Positions 52,901-62,408 of a DNA stretch of 64,000 nt are shown one piece after another; positions within the stretch are counted from its first letter, which is position 1; every line of letters begins with the position of its first letter. Source of the DNA: a bacterium. Its GTDB lineage: Bacteria > RBG-13-61-14 > DATKZS01. The stretch spans positions 864,001 to 928,000 of the forward strand of contig CAXXFL010000006.1 in the NCBI GenBank assembly GCA_963674965.2, given 5' to 3'. The translations under genes and the position numbers were made by a program. The notes beneath the pieces were generated by a model. It worked only from the letters and a program-made list of their open reading frames with translations, did not search any database and was not told the DNA's origin.

Positions 52901-53299
52901 ATAGAGCTTGACTCGGACTTTCTTGGCCCTGATCTGCCTTGCCAGCCTCTGAAGTCCAGCCTCATCCTCGTTGGTTGGAGTCCCGATAAGCAACTGCTGG
53001 CGGAACTCCTCGGCCAAGCGTTTCTTGAGGCGCATGGCAGTCTGGTTGTCCATCTCGTCGTCACCGTCTGCCGTGCTGAGGGCTTCCTTTAGTTCATCAT
53101 GAGGTAGCCTCTGCATCCCGACCAGGAGACGGCAGCAAGAGTCGTCAGTCCCTTGCCAGCTCTCGATGTAGGAGTCCAGAAGCTTCCAGCCACGAAGATT
53201 GAAGTATCCGACACAGAAGTCGGCCCGTTTTGAAACTTGCAGGGTATCTTTTAATCCGCGTATCAAATGAAATTCAATATTGTCGTAAATTGTAGGCAC
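49916..53299 (-). CDS. PLD nuclease-SNF2 helicase fusion (NgoFVII-like)
   Basis: LHAKLY...GSSNLT...ELN; DVVGLGKT, IDESH, SATP, EGQNLQ, QRAGRVDRIGQ. Confidence 0.92.
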   Translation of the reverse strand: MPTIYDNIEFHLIRGLKDTLQVSKRADFCVGYFNLRGWKLLDSYIESWQGTDDSCCRLLVGMQRLPHDELKEALSTADGDDEMDNQTAMRLKKRLAEEFRQQLLIGTPTNEDEAGLQRLARQIRAKKVRVKLYLRNPLHAKLYLCFRPNEPNFKVVGFLGSSNLTFSGLKVQGELNVDVLEQDACQKLAKWFEDRWEDRFCLDISEELAEIIETSWAREDLIPPYHVYLKMAYHLSQEARSGLSEFNIPKDFGDKLFEFQVAAVKIAAHHLHKRNGVLIGDVVGLGKTLMATAVARIFEDDFGLETLIICPKNLVPMWKDYREGFRLRGKVISISKVIKRLPEMRRYRLVLIDESHNLRNREGKRFRAIQEYIKENDSRVILLSATPYNKSYLDLSSQLRLFLEEERDIGIRPEQLLRDIGETEFIRRHQCSTRSLAAFEKSYYADDWRDLMRLYLVRRTRSFIKDNYAKTDQGNGRKYITYEDGGKAYFPERTPRTVKFSIDDKSPDDQYARLYAEEVVDTINSLNLPRYGLGNYIASTPRNPPNQTEAKQLADLGRAGKRLMGFCRTNLFKRLESSGSAFLQSVERHILRNYIFLHAIENNLPLPLGTQDAAMLDTRITDQDSDQMVGTLFDDDDDNGDSINNHTCLRTEAEFKARAAEVYEEYDKQYGSRFKWLRPGLFVKSLGKDMEKDATALMGILHEAGEWDPKKDEKLSSLFRLLTHTHQGEKVIIFTQFADTVRYLEAQLTDSGIQASAGVTGDSADPTALAWRFSPESNNKRSRVSPEQELRVLVATDILSEGQNLQDCAIVVNYDLPWAIIRLIQRAGRVDRIGQKADKILCYSFLPADGVEKIIRLRQRVRQRLTENAEVVGADEAFFEDDMDEKTAIDLYHEKAGILDDDDQDVDLASRAFEIWKQATEDNPELRKKVEGLPDVIYSTRPHMPSEEEPEGVLCYMRTAEGNDALAYMNKHGDSITESQYEILKIAECGPDTPAIPRHKKHHSLVQEAVRHVAKEEKRVGGQLGRPSGARFRTYTRLDKYIRDLKGTLFEQHANDIQKAIDLIYRFPLRQTAIDMLNRQLRAGVDDDRLAELVLLLKEEGKLCLIEEEVNLQEPRIICSMGMFDKE

Positions 53300-53312
53300 T
53301 CTTAAAACCTCA

Positions 53313-53507
53313 TTATTTGGATTTGATATTCGAACCTTTCCGAACCCATACGTCAATTTCTTCTTTACGGAATTTCCAAAGGCGGCCAACCTTATGAGCC
53401 GGCATGCTCTTGCGAGATATCCACTTATATACCGTGTCCCGCTTTACGCCAAGGTAGGCAGCTATCTCATCCACGGAAAGCCAGCGATCTCCGATGGTGT
53501 CGTTCAT
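53313..53507 (-). CDS. Excisionase-like HTH_17 protein (copy B)
   Basis: Near-identical to 8619-8840. Confidence 0.88.
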   Translation of the reverse strand: MNDTIGDRWLSVDEIAAYLGVKRDTVYKWISRKSMPAHKVGRLWKFRKEEIDVWVRKGSNIKSK

Positions 53508-53524
53508 TCTATTTTCTCCAAGCC

Positions 53525-53560
53525 ATATAGTTGACCACAAGAACTTGTCAACGGTTGACA
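53525..53560 (-). promoter_or_regulatory. Putative promoter/operator upstream of HTH copy B
   Basis: TTGACA-16nt-TATATG on minus strand with palindrome TGTCAAC-G-GTTGACA (53546-53560). Confidence 0.5.
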
Positions 53561-53657
53561 TAGACACAGTTCAAGCAATCTGTCCAATAGATCAGATTAG
53601 AACCATCCCAATCATAACAGGAGCACATGCTCTGTCAAGGACGGGAACCTTAGCTTA

Positions 53658-54206
53658 TTATGGCCAGCTAATTATTCTATGAGTCTCGTGCTTAGTAATT
53701 CCATTGTCATCGAAGATGTAGAGCCAAGCAAGTGATTGGCTGCTCCCTTCGAAGTCTAGAAAAGAGGCAAGTACTCGCTTGTAAGCACCATGGCATCCAA
53801 GCCGAAACCCCTCCAACCGATCAATCGCCGGTAGCCTCACTTCCGGATCGTCGAAGGTCAGAAGTTCCCCCGACACGCGGGCCCAGTCGCCCGTGGGCGG
53901 GTCTTTGGGGAGGAGATGGGGGTGCTGATCAGAGAAGCGCTCCTGGGTGGCCACGTCGGCCAGGGGATCGGAGGTGCCGTGGGCGAGGATGTGCTCGGGG
54001 GGAACTTCGAGGATGGGGATACCGGAGGGGAACTGGTAGAGGCGGCCGATGATGGTGATTGGCTCAATCGAAAGGACTCCTCGACAGAATCGGTCATGAT
54101 TTGCCCGCCCTTTTCGCAGGGTACCGTAAGTGGCCAGGCGGAGCAGTCCCTTTGTGTTCTCCTTCAGGGGATCATGATGGTTCATTGGGGGTACTTCCCG
54201 GTTCAT
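53658..54206 (-). CDS. Gamma-glutamylcyclotransferase family protein
   Basis: YGTLRKG..NH, VSGELL, IDRLEG, YKRV. Confidence 0.85.
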   Translation of the reverse strand: MNREVPPMNHHDPLKENTKGLLRLATYGTLRKGRANHDRFCRGVLSIEPITIIGRLYQFPSGIPILEVPPEHILAHGTSDPLADVATQERFSDQHPHLLPKDPPTGDWARVSGELLTFDDPEVRLPAIDRLEGFRLGCHGAYKRVLASFLDFEGSSQSLAWLYIFDDNGITKHETHRIISWP

Positions 54207-55000
54207 TGTACTCCTCCCGTCGTTACTTTCATGGACCTTGCCTGGGCCTGGAACGTGAAGCCTTCCCTCGAGTACCCAGAGACATCCTCGAACCTGAACA
54301 CAACCAGGCTCATGGGAGGCAATGGAACCTCGCGCCAACCCCGTTCACCTTCCAGCACCGAATCCAGAAAACCCTTTTCAGAAGCGTAAAGTACGGCCCG
54401 GTGGCGCTTGTTGAAGCATAAGCTGAGGGGTTTATTGCCTTTCAGGACCAGGACGGTACCAGGAAGGCTTCGAGAGCTCATTATCGCGGTAAGCTGCCCG
54501 CGACAGTGTGAGAGCTGGCGCTTGAACCCGTCGAGATCAAGCTGCCCGTTCCTGAAAGCCCTGTTGGCCAGGCGAAAGATGATCTCGCTGTCCACTTCCG
54601 CGTAACGCCTCAGTTTGAACTTGTTAAACAGGTAATTGGCGTTGTAGATGGTCCCATTGTGCGTCCCTATGATCTCTCCAGCGCGGATGGGATGGTTATT
54701 GAGGTTATTGCGTTTGTCGCCGCGCGTGCGCCTGCGGGTGTGGCCGAGCAGCACGGTGGTCTTGTTGTCGATCTCGGAGATGACGTCAAAGTAAGCCTTG
54801 TCGGCGATGAAGATTTCGGCGGGCAGGGGCCGCTTGAATATTTTGTATTCTCCACTCAGCTTCAGCCAGGCGATGCCGGTGGCGTGGGCGCCGCGTTTCT
54901 CGCTGAGGGCGAGCAGGCGCGTGAAGAGCCAGGCGAGGCGCCTGCGCTCCTCGGCTCGCCTTTGTTTCTTGCCGAAGATGATCCCGACCTGGCCGCACAT
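54203..55000 (-). CDS. Class II glutamine amidotransferase
   Basis: MCGQVG, RGAHATG, LGHTR, NNHP, HNGTIYN, VDSE. Confidence 0.9.
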   Translation of the reverse strand: MCGQVGIIFGKKQRRAEERRRLAWLFTRLLALSEKRGAHATGIAWLKLSGEYKIFKRPLPAEIFIADKAYFDVISEIDNKTTVLLGHTRRRTRGDKRNNLNNHPIRAGEIIGTHNGTIYNANYLFNKFKLRRYAEVDSEIIFRLANRAFRNGQLDLDGFKRQLSHCRGQLTAIMSSRSLPGTVLVLKGNKPLSLCFNKRHRAVLYASEKGFLDSVLEGERGWREVPLPPMSLVVFRFEDVSGYSREGFTFQAQARSMKVTTGGVQ

Positions 55001-55491
55001 CAGGACTTCCCCCCTTCCACTCGGAAGCCCCGGAACAGGCCCTCGGAGTACCTCGCGCGGTTGGCCTCGATCCACTTGGCGGTCTCGGGGAACCCGAACT
55101 TGCGGGCAAGTTCGACCACCATGGGCCGGTCGAGCATGTGGGTCACTCCAGAGCGCCGGACCACATCGAGTCCTTCCAGGACCACTCGCGGCAAGGTGAT
55201 CGGGCCGCTTTTCTCGTCGTCCACGAACTCGGCGAATCCCGCACTTTCCAGTTCGGTGATAAAGGACTCGGCCATTTCCTCGAGGGACACTCCCTTAATC
55301 TCCAGGTCCTGGCCCGAGAAGCTTCGGATATTGTCGGTGACCATCTTGAGATACTGTTCGAGGTCTACGCCGATAAGCGAGGCCGCGTTCATGGCGTGAA
55401 CGATGTCCAGTTCGGTCTTGCCCTCGAACACCTGGCCATCTCCATCGAGCGGCTCTCCACTTAGTGTCGTGTTCCTTATCAAAATCTTCAT
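55000..55491 (-). CDS. Hypothetical protein, C-terminal DUF5049-like domain
   Basis: [15 protein letters not shown]...[12 protein letters not shown]. Confidence 0.6.
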   Translation of the reverse strand: MKILIRNTTLSGEPLDGDGQVFEGKTELDIVHAMNAASLIGVDLEQYLKMVTDNIRSFSGQDLEIKGVSLEEMAESFITELESAGFAEFVDDEKSGPITLPRVVLEGLDVVRRSGVTHMLDRPMVVELARKFGFPETAKWIEANRARYSEGLFRGFRVEGGKS

Positions 55492-56429
55492 TGCGCTCCT
55501 CCTTCGACTCTGCTTTGCTCAACCGCTACTGTCTCAGTGGCCTCGTTCCTGGGCCTCGCCTTCTTAAAGGCCGAGTCGCCGGGAAGTCCGGCCAGCAGGT
55601 GTTTACGCGCGGTCTTGAACTCGTCGCCGATGAGACCGAGGTGGAGCAGGAAGACCCGGAAGTCGTATCGCGCGCTCTCGGCGTTGAAGGTCCTTTTCCG
55701 GCTGGAGGCGGCGCGTCCGTTCAGGGCCTTAGCCGCTATGGCCAGGCAAAGCTGGATGTAGGCCTTGACCTTTCCCGCGTGGAGCGTCCCCTCGAACCAG
55801 CGGAACTCGATGGTCCCCCGGTACCAGACATTGTGCAGGTTCACGCCGTGATAGCGGCTGCTGTCGAAGTGGGATGGCTGTCGGTTGTGGTACCCGTACC
55901 AGATCTGGTTCAACTGGTCCTTGGTCCTGGGGCGGCTCTTCTCGATCTTCTTGATCAGGTCTTCGCTCATCGGCTTGGTGTACCGGTTAAGCCTGTGGGT
56001 GGCGACGCCCAGCGCGGTGAGGATAAGCGCCTCCTGCTTGTAGATGATCTTGGCCAGATTCCCGAGGGTGCGTCCGTCAAAGGGCGCGGCGTTCACGTGA
56101 ATATGGATGCCGCATTTCTCGTCGATCTTGGCCCCGCACTTACGGACCGCCCTGATGACCTCCTGCAGGGTCGGGATGTCCTCGTATGAGAGGACCGGGC
56201 TTACGACCTCGGCCCGCAGGCTGAAGGGCACGTTGATGAGCGAGCCGTCCGCCACCACCTTCCAGACGCGGCCCTGGCTGTCCTTCACCTCCCAGGGATC
56301 GAAGCTACCCGGGCTGCCCACGTAAGTGACTTCGCCGCCCACCGCCAACTGGATGGCCCGAGCCACCCTTTCCCGTGTTCTTTTAACCGTCTCGATCTCG
56401 ACTCCAAAGTTTAATTCCCGTAGGTCCAT
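55488..56429 (-). CDS. Amidoligase (COOH-NH2 ligase, Amidoligase_2)
   Basis: [42 protein letters not shown]. Confidence 0.9.
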   Translation of the reverse strand: MDLRELNFGVEIETVKRTRERVARAIQLAVGGEVTYVGSPGSFDPWEVKDSQGRVWKVVADGSLINVPFSLRAEVVSPVLSYEDIPTLQEVIRAVRKCGAKIDEKCGIHIHVNAAPFDGRTLGNLAKIIYKQEALILTALGVATHRLNRYTKPMSEDLIKKIEKSRPRTKDQLNQIWYGYHNRQPSHFDSSRYHGVNLHNVWYRGTIEFRWFEGTLHAGKVKAYIQLCLAIAAKALNGRAASSRKRTFNAESARYDFRVFLLHLGLIGDEFKTARKHLLAGLPGDSAFKKARPRNEATETVAVEQSRVEGGAQ

Positions 56430-56669
56430 GATTCCTCCTTGCTTTCCGTAAGTCGTTGTTCCGTAACCGTTTTTAGTGCTTTGCATGACTCACATGAACG
56501 CTTCTTTCATCTTGGAAAGCAAGTCATTTCTGAAGTAAGTTCGGTCTGGATCCACGGGTTTTTCGGGCGCATGTACATGGCGAAAATACTCGCCAATTAA
56601 CGACGGGTTGCGGCCCGGCCAGGAATCGGGGGCATGGCCAGGGACACCATGAAAGAACACCGGCCCGAT

Positions 56670-57974
56670 TTACTTCCACTCGGCTCCGGTGAATTTCTGC
56701 CATGCACCGCCGTCGGGGAGGTCGGTGTTGAACCACTCGTCGCCCAGGGCGGGCGTGGGGATGGCGGCGTCGCGCTCGGCGGTGGCGCCCTGGCCGCGCA
56801 GGACCTTGGCCTGGGGACTCAATCCCTGCCCGAGTCGGCTAGGCGCGAGGAGGTCGGTCCAATCCAGCCTCTGGGCCCGGAGGCGGGCGACGAAGGTCTC
56901 GTAGTCCGATCCGCTACGGCCGGCGCGGTACAGGAGGAACGATCCGTCCTCGTCCTGGACCAGGCTTGGCGTGTAGCATCTTTGCAGGAAAGGACCCATC
57001 CCGGCCTGGAACACGGGGTTGAAATGAGCTTTGGTCCAATGTATACGGTCCCAGGACCAGGCGTAGCCGATCCCTTTGTTGCCGCCGCCTCCGCCCGAGT
57101 AGAGCATCCACCATCTTCCGTCCTCGAGCCTTTCCACGTGACAGGCTGAAATATAACCGTTGGCGCCTTCCCAGGATTGAGGATCGATCAGGCCGGAGAG
57201 GATGGGAGCATCGCCATATAGATTCCAGTTGATCGCGTCATCGGAGTAGCCTAGACCGAGGCAGTCGTTTCCTCCGGTGCTGGCGATAAAGTACATGGCG
57301 TAGCGCCAGGTAAATGGCTTCCCTGGGATCGACGTCGGCTCCGGGTTGTACCAGAGGAAGGAGGGACCGTAGTGGCCTCGGTTCCAAACGGGTTCACTTC
57401 CCTCGGTCACCAGATCGCCGGAGCACGAGAGGTCATCATAAAAAGCCGATGGATCGTCCAGCGGATTGCAGACGGCGGCGCGAAGCCCGGCCATGTTGTA
57501 GGGCTGATTGGCCACGTCCGGGTCCCAATAGAGGGCGCGTAGTCTCTCGGGCGTCTCGAGAACGCAGACGACGTGGTAGCCGTTCGCGGCGAGGCCGGAG
57601 ACCTTTTTCTCGGCGTCCCATGCCATGCCGTCATCCGAGAAAGCGATACTCATCCCGGCTCCGTCGCCGTAATAAGCGACGAAGTCTCTCATGGCGGAGC
57701 CGTCGTTGAATCCGCCCGCCGAGCGAAGGACTCGAACGTAATAAGCCCGGCTCGATGAGATCGGCAGCGCCTTGGGATAGTAGTGCTTGAAAATAACCGG
57801 CGGCGGGCCGGTGGGAGCGGCCGCGCCCGAAGGCGCCTCGATAAGGCCCAGGCCGATGGCTCGCGCGAGGTCCGGCGTGACGGAGGGAACTATAAGTGAC
57901 TCGCCCGGCCGGAGGACTCCCGGTATACCGGTCAGCTCGAGCACGGCGTCGGTAACGCTTTTGATGGTAATCAT
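56670..57974 (-). CDS. Putative tail-associated beta-propeller (glycosidase-like) protein
   Basis: Repeated blades IAFSDDGMAW, LGYSDDAINW, YAWSWDRIHW...NPV; follows the tail genes. Confidence 0.55.
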   Translation of the reverse strand: MITIKSVTDAVLELTGIPGVLRPGESLIVPSVTPDLARAIGLGLIEAPSGAAAPTGPPPVIFKHYYPKALPISSSRAYYVRVLRSAGGFNDGSAMRDFVAYYGDGAGMSIAFSDDGMAWDAEKKVSGLAANGYHVVCVLETPERLRALYWDPDVANQPYNMAGLRAAVCNPLDDPSAFYDDLSCSGDLVTEGSEPVWNRGHYGPSFLWYNPEPTSIPGKPFTWRYAMYFIASTGGNDCLGLGYSDDAINWNLYGDAPILSGLIDPQSWEGANGYISACHVERLEDGRWWMLYSGGGGGNKGIGYAWSWDRIHWTKAHFNPVFQAGMGPFLQRCYTPSLVQDEDGSFLLYRAGRSGSDYETFVARLRAQRLDWTDLLAPSRLGQGLSPQAKVLRGQGATAERDAAIPTPALGDEWFNTDLPDGGAWQKFTGAEWK

Positions 57975-58243
57975 GACTCTATCCCTTCGGCGTGGGATAT
58001 TCCCAGTTCCATGATTTTTCGGTTGAGTTCGCTCGCCTGGCGCTCTTCTCGTCCAATGCGGTCCAGGAGATCGTCGAACCGCGACGCCTCCTCGAGAGGA
58101 AGTCCGAAGGCCTCCTCGATTCTTTTTACTCGCTTATGAAGCTCCTCGATCAGGCCGAGCGCGTGGTCCCTTATCACTCCGTCCCGCTTCTCCTGGGGCG
58201 TTGGAATGAACTCGGTCATGCCTCCGTCTTTTCTTACGATCAC
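57971..58243 (-). CDS. Phage hypothetical protein
   Basis: 90-aa ORF coupled within the tail operon. Confidence 0.6.
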   Translation of the reverse strand: MIVRKDGGMTEFIPTPQEKRDGVIRDHALGLIEELHKRVKRIEEAFGLPLEEASRFDDLLDRIGREERQASELNRKIMELGISHAEGIES

Positions 58244-58253
58244 GTCTATCCTC

Positions 58254-61200
58254 CTAGCTCAGGGTCGCGCCCAGGGAGTGAACGCGCGGATAGACCAGGT
58301 TGTTGCCGGTCATCTCGGCCTTGTAGCGCACTTTCCTCGCGGTGGGATCGGTGAACGACCTGGTCAGGATATACTCGGTCCACTCGTGGTCGATCTTCCT
58401 GGTCGAGTCGATGGACATGGCCTCCCAGGTATCGCCGCCGTCGTTGGAGGCGAACCAGTTGACGTTGGTCCCGCTGGGTATATTCATTTGCGCGTAGACC
58501 TTGGTGGACTCGACCCCCTGGGTAAGCTCGTTTTCCCTGGTGACGTAGGCCCCGGCCACGTTGTTTAAGTACCCCACCAGGTTCACGTCCTTATAGTTGA
58601 GGGCGGGCGAATCGTTCGCAAGGTCGCTGGTGAAGATGGCCCGGACGAGCACCTGGCCCGCTATGTTGGGCAAGTCCTCCTCATCTGCCGGCACGATGGC
58701 GTCCCAGGTGGCCCCGCCGTCGGTCGAGTATTCCCAGACGATCCCGGCCCCCTCGGGGATGGCCGAGTACTCGTCGAGGTTGATCTCGCTGAACTGGACC
58801 CCGGTGATGGGCTGAAAGCGGACCTCGCCGGCGGGATTGAAGTCGTATCCGTAGATTTTCATGCTCAGGTCCGAGCCGTTGAGGGGCGTCCAGGTCTCGG
58901 CGTTCGAGGATTCGAGGAGCACTCCCACCGGGTAGGCCTGCCGGGTAATAACGCCGTTTTGTCCCATCTGGCCCAGGGTGGCCACGCGGACCTTGTAATT
59001 GGTACCGTTGGTGAGAATCACCATCGCGTAGCCGGCGTCGGCCTCGGCGTAAAAGGGATCGTCGAACTCGATTTTGGTCTCGGCGTTCAAGGTTATCTCG
59101 GCGGGGGAGACGACCTTCTCGGCCAGGACCACCTCGTTGGGCAGTCCGGTGGTAACCCCTCGAATCTGGATGGTGACCGGGATGGCCGCTTCCTTTTGCG
59201 TGAAATACACTCCCACGGCGGAGATGACTCGGTTTTGGGCAAAGCTGAAGGTCTGGGCCAGGGGATCGCGGCGCCTGGTCCTCACCCGCCGGCGCCACAC
59301 GGTCCGGACCACGGGAACGCGTATAACGCGGGGTGGAGCGGGTTCGACCGTGACCTGCCGCCGCACGATGGCGCGGTCGACCACCACCCGCTCGATTCGG
59401 GTGATCTCCAATGGGTCGTTCACCTGGAGGTTGGCCTGGGCCGAATAAGTCCCGTCCGTCATCTCGACCACGCGGTCCCCGTTTCTGGCCTCCGAGGGGA
59501 TGGTGAAGGAGGCGATCACGCGCCCGACCGAGTCGGCTGTCAGGCCGGACGCTGCCACCTGGCCGTCGCAGCGAAGAATGACGTTTGCGGCGCTGGGCGT
59601 GAAATTCGATCCTATCGCGGCGATTCCGGTCTGACCTCGTCTTCCCATGTTCGGCGTGATCTCGAGCGCGGCCTCGGGCTTATCGAACACGGCGTAGGGG
59701 TTGACGTTTTTTTCCTCGGACCAGTCGGGCTGTTCCACCAGCGTCGTCTCGAGGCCCGGCAGGAAGGCCAGGCTGCCCCTGAACATGGCGTCGCTCGAGG
59801 CCTCGTCAACGACCAGCGGGTTGGGCGTGGCGTCGCGGTCCGGTCCCACGAACCTCCTTATCTCGTCGATGCGGGCGCTCCACTCGTCATGGAAAAGGTC
59901 CGACTGGGCGTCATTGGAGAAGTCGTCGGAGTAGATGCCCTTCTTGGTCTGGGCGTCCCGGTTCTGGAGTTCGTTGTTCATCTGGAACTGGGCGTCGTTG
60001 TATTTCAGGTCTTCCACGTCCTGGATGATCTCGTGAATGCGGTCCATGGTGACGCGGGTAAGGCCGAAGTTCCTGACCGTCATCTCGACCGAGTTGGGCG
60101 GGCATTCGACGCTGCAAAGACCGAGGGTCCCCTCCGGCGCGATGGGCAGCTTGGGAGAGTCGGCGGGCGATCCCTCGAGCCTTTTGATCTCGCCGGTGGT
60201 CGCGTAGATAATGTCCTTCCTGCCCAGGTAATAGTCGTAATCGACGCTGCAGTTGGACCCGTCCACCGGCTCGTCGCCAATGGCCGCCCTCCCGAAATTA
60301 ATGACGCTAAGGTTGTCAAGCTCGATCTCGACGGGCGACATGGCGAGGGCGCTGGTGTTGGTCTCGGGAGGATTGCCTCCCGCGATCACGTCCACGCCGT
60401 CGTCGATGTATGAGGTTTCACCGCTTCCCACCTGTTTTAGAAGCTGGAAGTCGGTCCTGACCGCGTTCTGAGTTCCCCGATACACCTTGTAACCCGTGGC
60501 TCCATTGACCGGAAGCCAGCTGATCCGGTTGATCTCACCGGCGAGAGTGGCCCTGGAGACAACTTCCTCGGCGCTATACTCGGTCTCGCCCGAGGCGTCG
60601 GTTACGGTGACGAGATAGAAGTATTCCTCCGCCGATGGATGTCCGGATTGGCCGAACCAGCCGCCGTCAACGTAGTCATCTCCCTTTGCCATTTGTTTGA
60701 CGTAGGTCCAGCGAACGGTGTAGGTGGTCCCTATGGCCGGCTCGCTTCCCGTGCCCAGCCAGTCCACGAAATTGCCCGACTGTTGCCAGTCCACTCCCTC
60801 GGCGAACACGGTCGCGCCCTGGCTCACCTCGAGGATATCCACCACCGGGTTGGGGACCAGGAGGTCCTCGCCGCCCCCCACCGAGCCGCGCGTGACGTTC
60901 GAGACGATCTCGACGATGGCCTCGACCTGGGTGGTTTCCTTGAGGGGGGTCGAGTTCAGGGCATAGCGCCGCTGGCTCACGTTGTAGGTTTTTTGCTCGC
61001 CTCGGACCGACTTCGTGGCCTCGGACTTGGGGACCAGGAGGGTGGCGGGAAGGTCGCGCTGCAAACGATAACCCCGGATATAAGCGCGCCCCGCGTTGGT
61101 GATGACCTCGACCTCCTGGCCGTCGTTGTCCCCGATAAAGCTGTCCAGCCCCTTGACCAGGTAGCTTCCCGCCTGGTCGAAGGTCCGCTCGGCCAGGTTC

Positions 61201-61847
61201 TGGAGGAGCGAGTTAAGCCCCTCGGCGGCGGCGAAGGCCAGTTGGTTCTCGGTGATGGAGGACACGGTGATGCGGCTTCCGGGCAAGGTCCCCAGAAGGT
61301 CCTGGAGATAGATGTTGGATTTCTCCCGGACCGTGGCCGTTACCTCGTCCAAATCCCGGTCGAACTTGTAGATGGCCACGACCTTGCGCTCGGTCACGTT
61401 GTTGGGCAGGCTCTCGCCGGAGGCGTCGTGGTCCTTGAGGGTCAGCACCCACTTCTCGCGCTCGGCGGTCGGCTCGCCCGTGGCGGGATTGATGAGGGTC
61501 GCGTCCTGGTTGTAGCCGTAGTTGTACTTCAGAAGCTCGACGTAAACGTAATCCACGCCCGAGGTCTTGGCGGGATCGAAGGTGAGCGCGGCCCCGGGCA
61601 CGGCTTCGAGATGGCCGTCAATATAAAGGACGCCGGTGCCCACGGTGAGAACATTGTCATCCTTGCTGACCTCGAGGCCGGTTATGACCGCTCCTTCCTT
61701 GAAGAGCATGTCGGCCAGCTTCTTGCGCTCAAGGTTGATGACGTCCTGTTGCTCGTTGAGCTCCGAGTCGAGCAGGTCCCGGTCCTGGTGGTAACGCACC
61801 CGTTTGTAGTTCTTGGCCGGGTCGAAAGTTTCGCGTGAAATGGACAT
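58254..61847 (-). CDS. Phage baseplate/tail protein (DUF4815-like)
   Basis: FDPAKNYKRV..LLDSELNEQQ, LAERTFDQAGSY, GRAYIRGY, KGIYSDDFS, DPLAQTF. Confidence 0.82.
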   Translation of the reverse strand: MSISRETFDPAKNYKRVRYHQDRDLLDSELNEQQDVINLERKKLADMLFKEGAVITGLEVSKDDNVLTVGTGVLYIDGHLEAVPGAALTFDPAKTSGVDYVYVELLKYNYGYNQDATLINPATGEPTAEREKWVLTLKDHDASGESLPNNVTERKVVAIYKFDRDLDEVTATVREKSNIYLQDLLGTLPGSRITVSSITENQLAFAAAEGLNSLLQNLAERTFDQAGSYLVKGLDSFIGDNDGQEVEVITNAGRAYIRGYRLQRDLPATLLVPKSEATKSVRGEQKTYNVSQRRYALNSTPLKETTQVEAIVEIVSNVTRGSVGGGEDLLVPNPVVDILEVSQGATVFAEGVDWQQSGNFVDWLGTGSEPAIGTTYTVRWTYVKQMAKGDDYVDGGWFGQSGHPSAEEYFYLVTVTDASGETEYSAEEVVSRATLAGEINRISWLPVNGATGYKVYRGTQNAVRTDFQLLKQVGSGETSYIDDGVDVIAGGNPPETNTSALAMSPVEIELDNLSVINFGRAAIGDEPVDGSNCSVDYDYYLGRKDIIYATTGEIKRLEGSPADSPKLPIAPEGTLGLCSVECPPNSVEMTVRNFGLTRVTMDRIHEIIQDVEDLKYNDAQFQMNNELQNRDAQTKKGIYSDDFSNDAQSDLFHDEWSARIDEIRRFVGPDRDATPNPLVVDEASSDAMFRGSLAFLPGLETTLVEQPDWSEEKNVNPYAVFDKPEAALEITPNMGRRGQTGIAAIGSNFTPSAANVILRCDGQVAASGLTADSVGRVIASFTIPSEARNGDRVVEMTDGTYSAQANLQVNDPLEITRIERVVVDRAIVRRQVTVEPAPPRVIRVPVVRTVWRRRVRTRRRDPLAQTFSFAQNRVISAVGVYFTQKEAAIPVTIQIRGVTTGLPNEVVLAEKVVSPAEITLNAETKIEFDDPFYAEADAGYAMVILTNGTNYKVRVATLGQMGQNGVITRQAYPVGVLLESSNAETWTPLNGSDLSMKIYGYDFNPAGEVRFQPITGVQFSEINLDEYSAIPEGAGIVWEYSTDGGATWDAIVPADEEDLPNIAGQVLVRAIFTSDLANDSPALNYKDVNLVGYLNNVAGAYVTRENELTQGVESTKVYAQMNIPSGTNVNWFASNDGGDTWEAMSIDSTRKIDHEWTEYILTRSFTDPTARKVRYKAEMTGNNLVYPRVHSLGATLS

Positions 61848-61859
61848 GGCAATTCCTCC

Positions 61860-62393
61860 TTAGATCTTGATTACTCCGACAAGCTCGACCCGCGTGTCGG
61901 AGGTTTTGTTGAAGTCGGAGATGTTCTTCACTTCGTACAGATAGCCGGGGACCAGCACCTCGCCGGTCGGGTTTATATCCTCGTGGTAGACGCCGTTCGC
62001 GGCGTAGTCCGAACCCAGGCCGTCGATGTATTCCACGTTGCCGCCGAAAAAGCCGTACTCCTTGATGGTGACCCCGTTGGCCTCGTTCTCCTCGAAGCGG
62101 AAGAAGACCCCGATGGTCTGGGTTTCTTCCGACGTCTCGATGTAATGGATGCCGTTTACGATGAGCGTCCCGCTCGGGTCTTCCTTAAGGAAAGTCCGCT
62201 TATAATACTTCTTGCGGGCCCGCTCGTTCTTGAGCGCTGTCTGCTCGACGTCCGGCGAGGGTGGATTGATCGGATCGTCAAAGGTCGCGTCCCCGTCGCC
62301 GATGGCGCAATGGGTCAGTCCCTCGATAGGGTCTCCCATGAGCAGCCTGGCGGTCAGGATGCGACCGGTTTTTACGATTAGTCCTAATGACAC
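61860..62393 (-). CDS. Phage tail/baseplate (tail-collar-like) protein
   Basis: THCAIGDG...QTALKNERAR...IKEYGFF. Confidence 0.65.
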   Translation of the reverse strand: MSLGLIVKTGRILTARLLMGDPIEGLTHCAIGDGDATFDDPINPPSPDVEQTALKNERARKKYYKRTFLKEDPSGTLIVNGIHYIETSEETQTIGVFFRFEENEANGVTIKEYGFFGGNVEYIDGLGSDYAANGVYHEDINPTGEVLVPGYLYEVKNISDFNKTSDTRVELVGVIKI

Positions 62394-62408
62394 GATGTAC
62401 CTCCTTTT

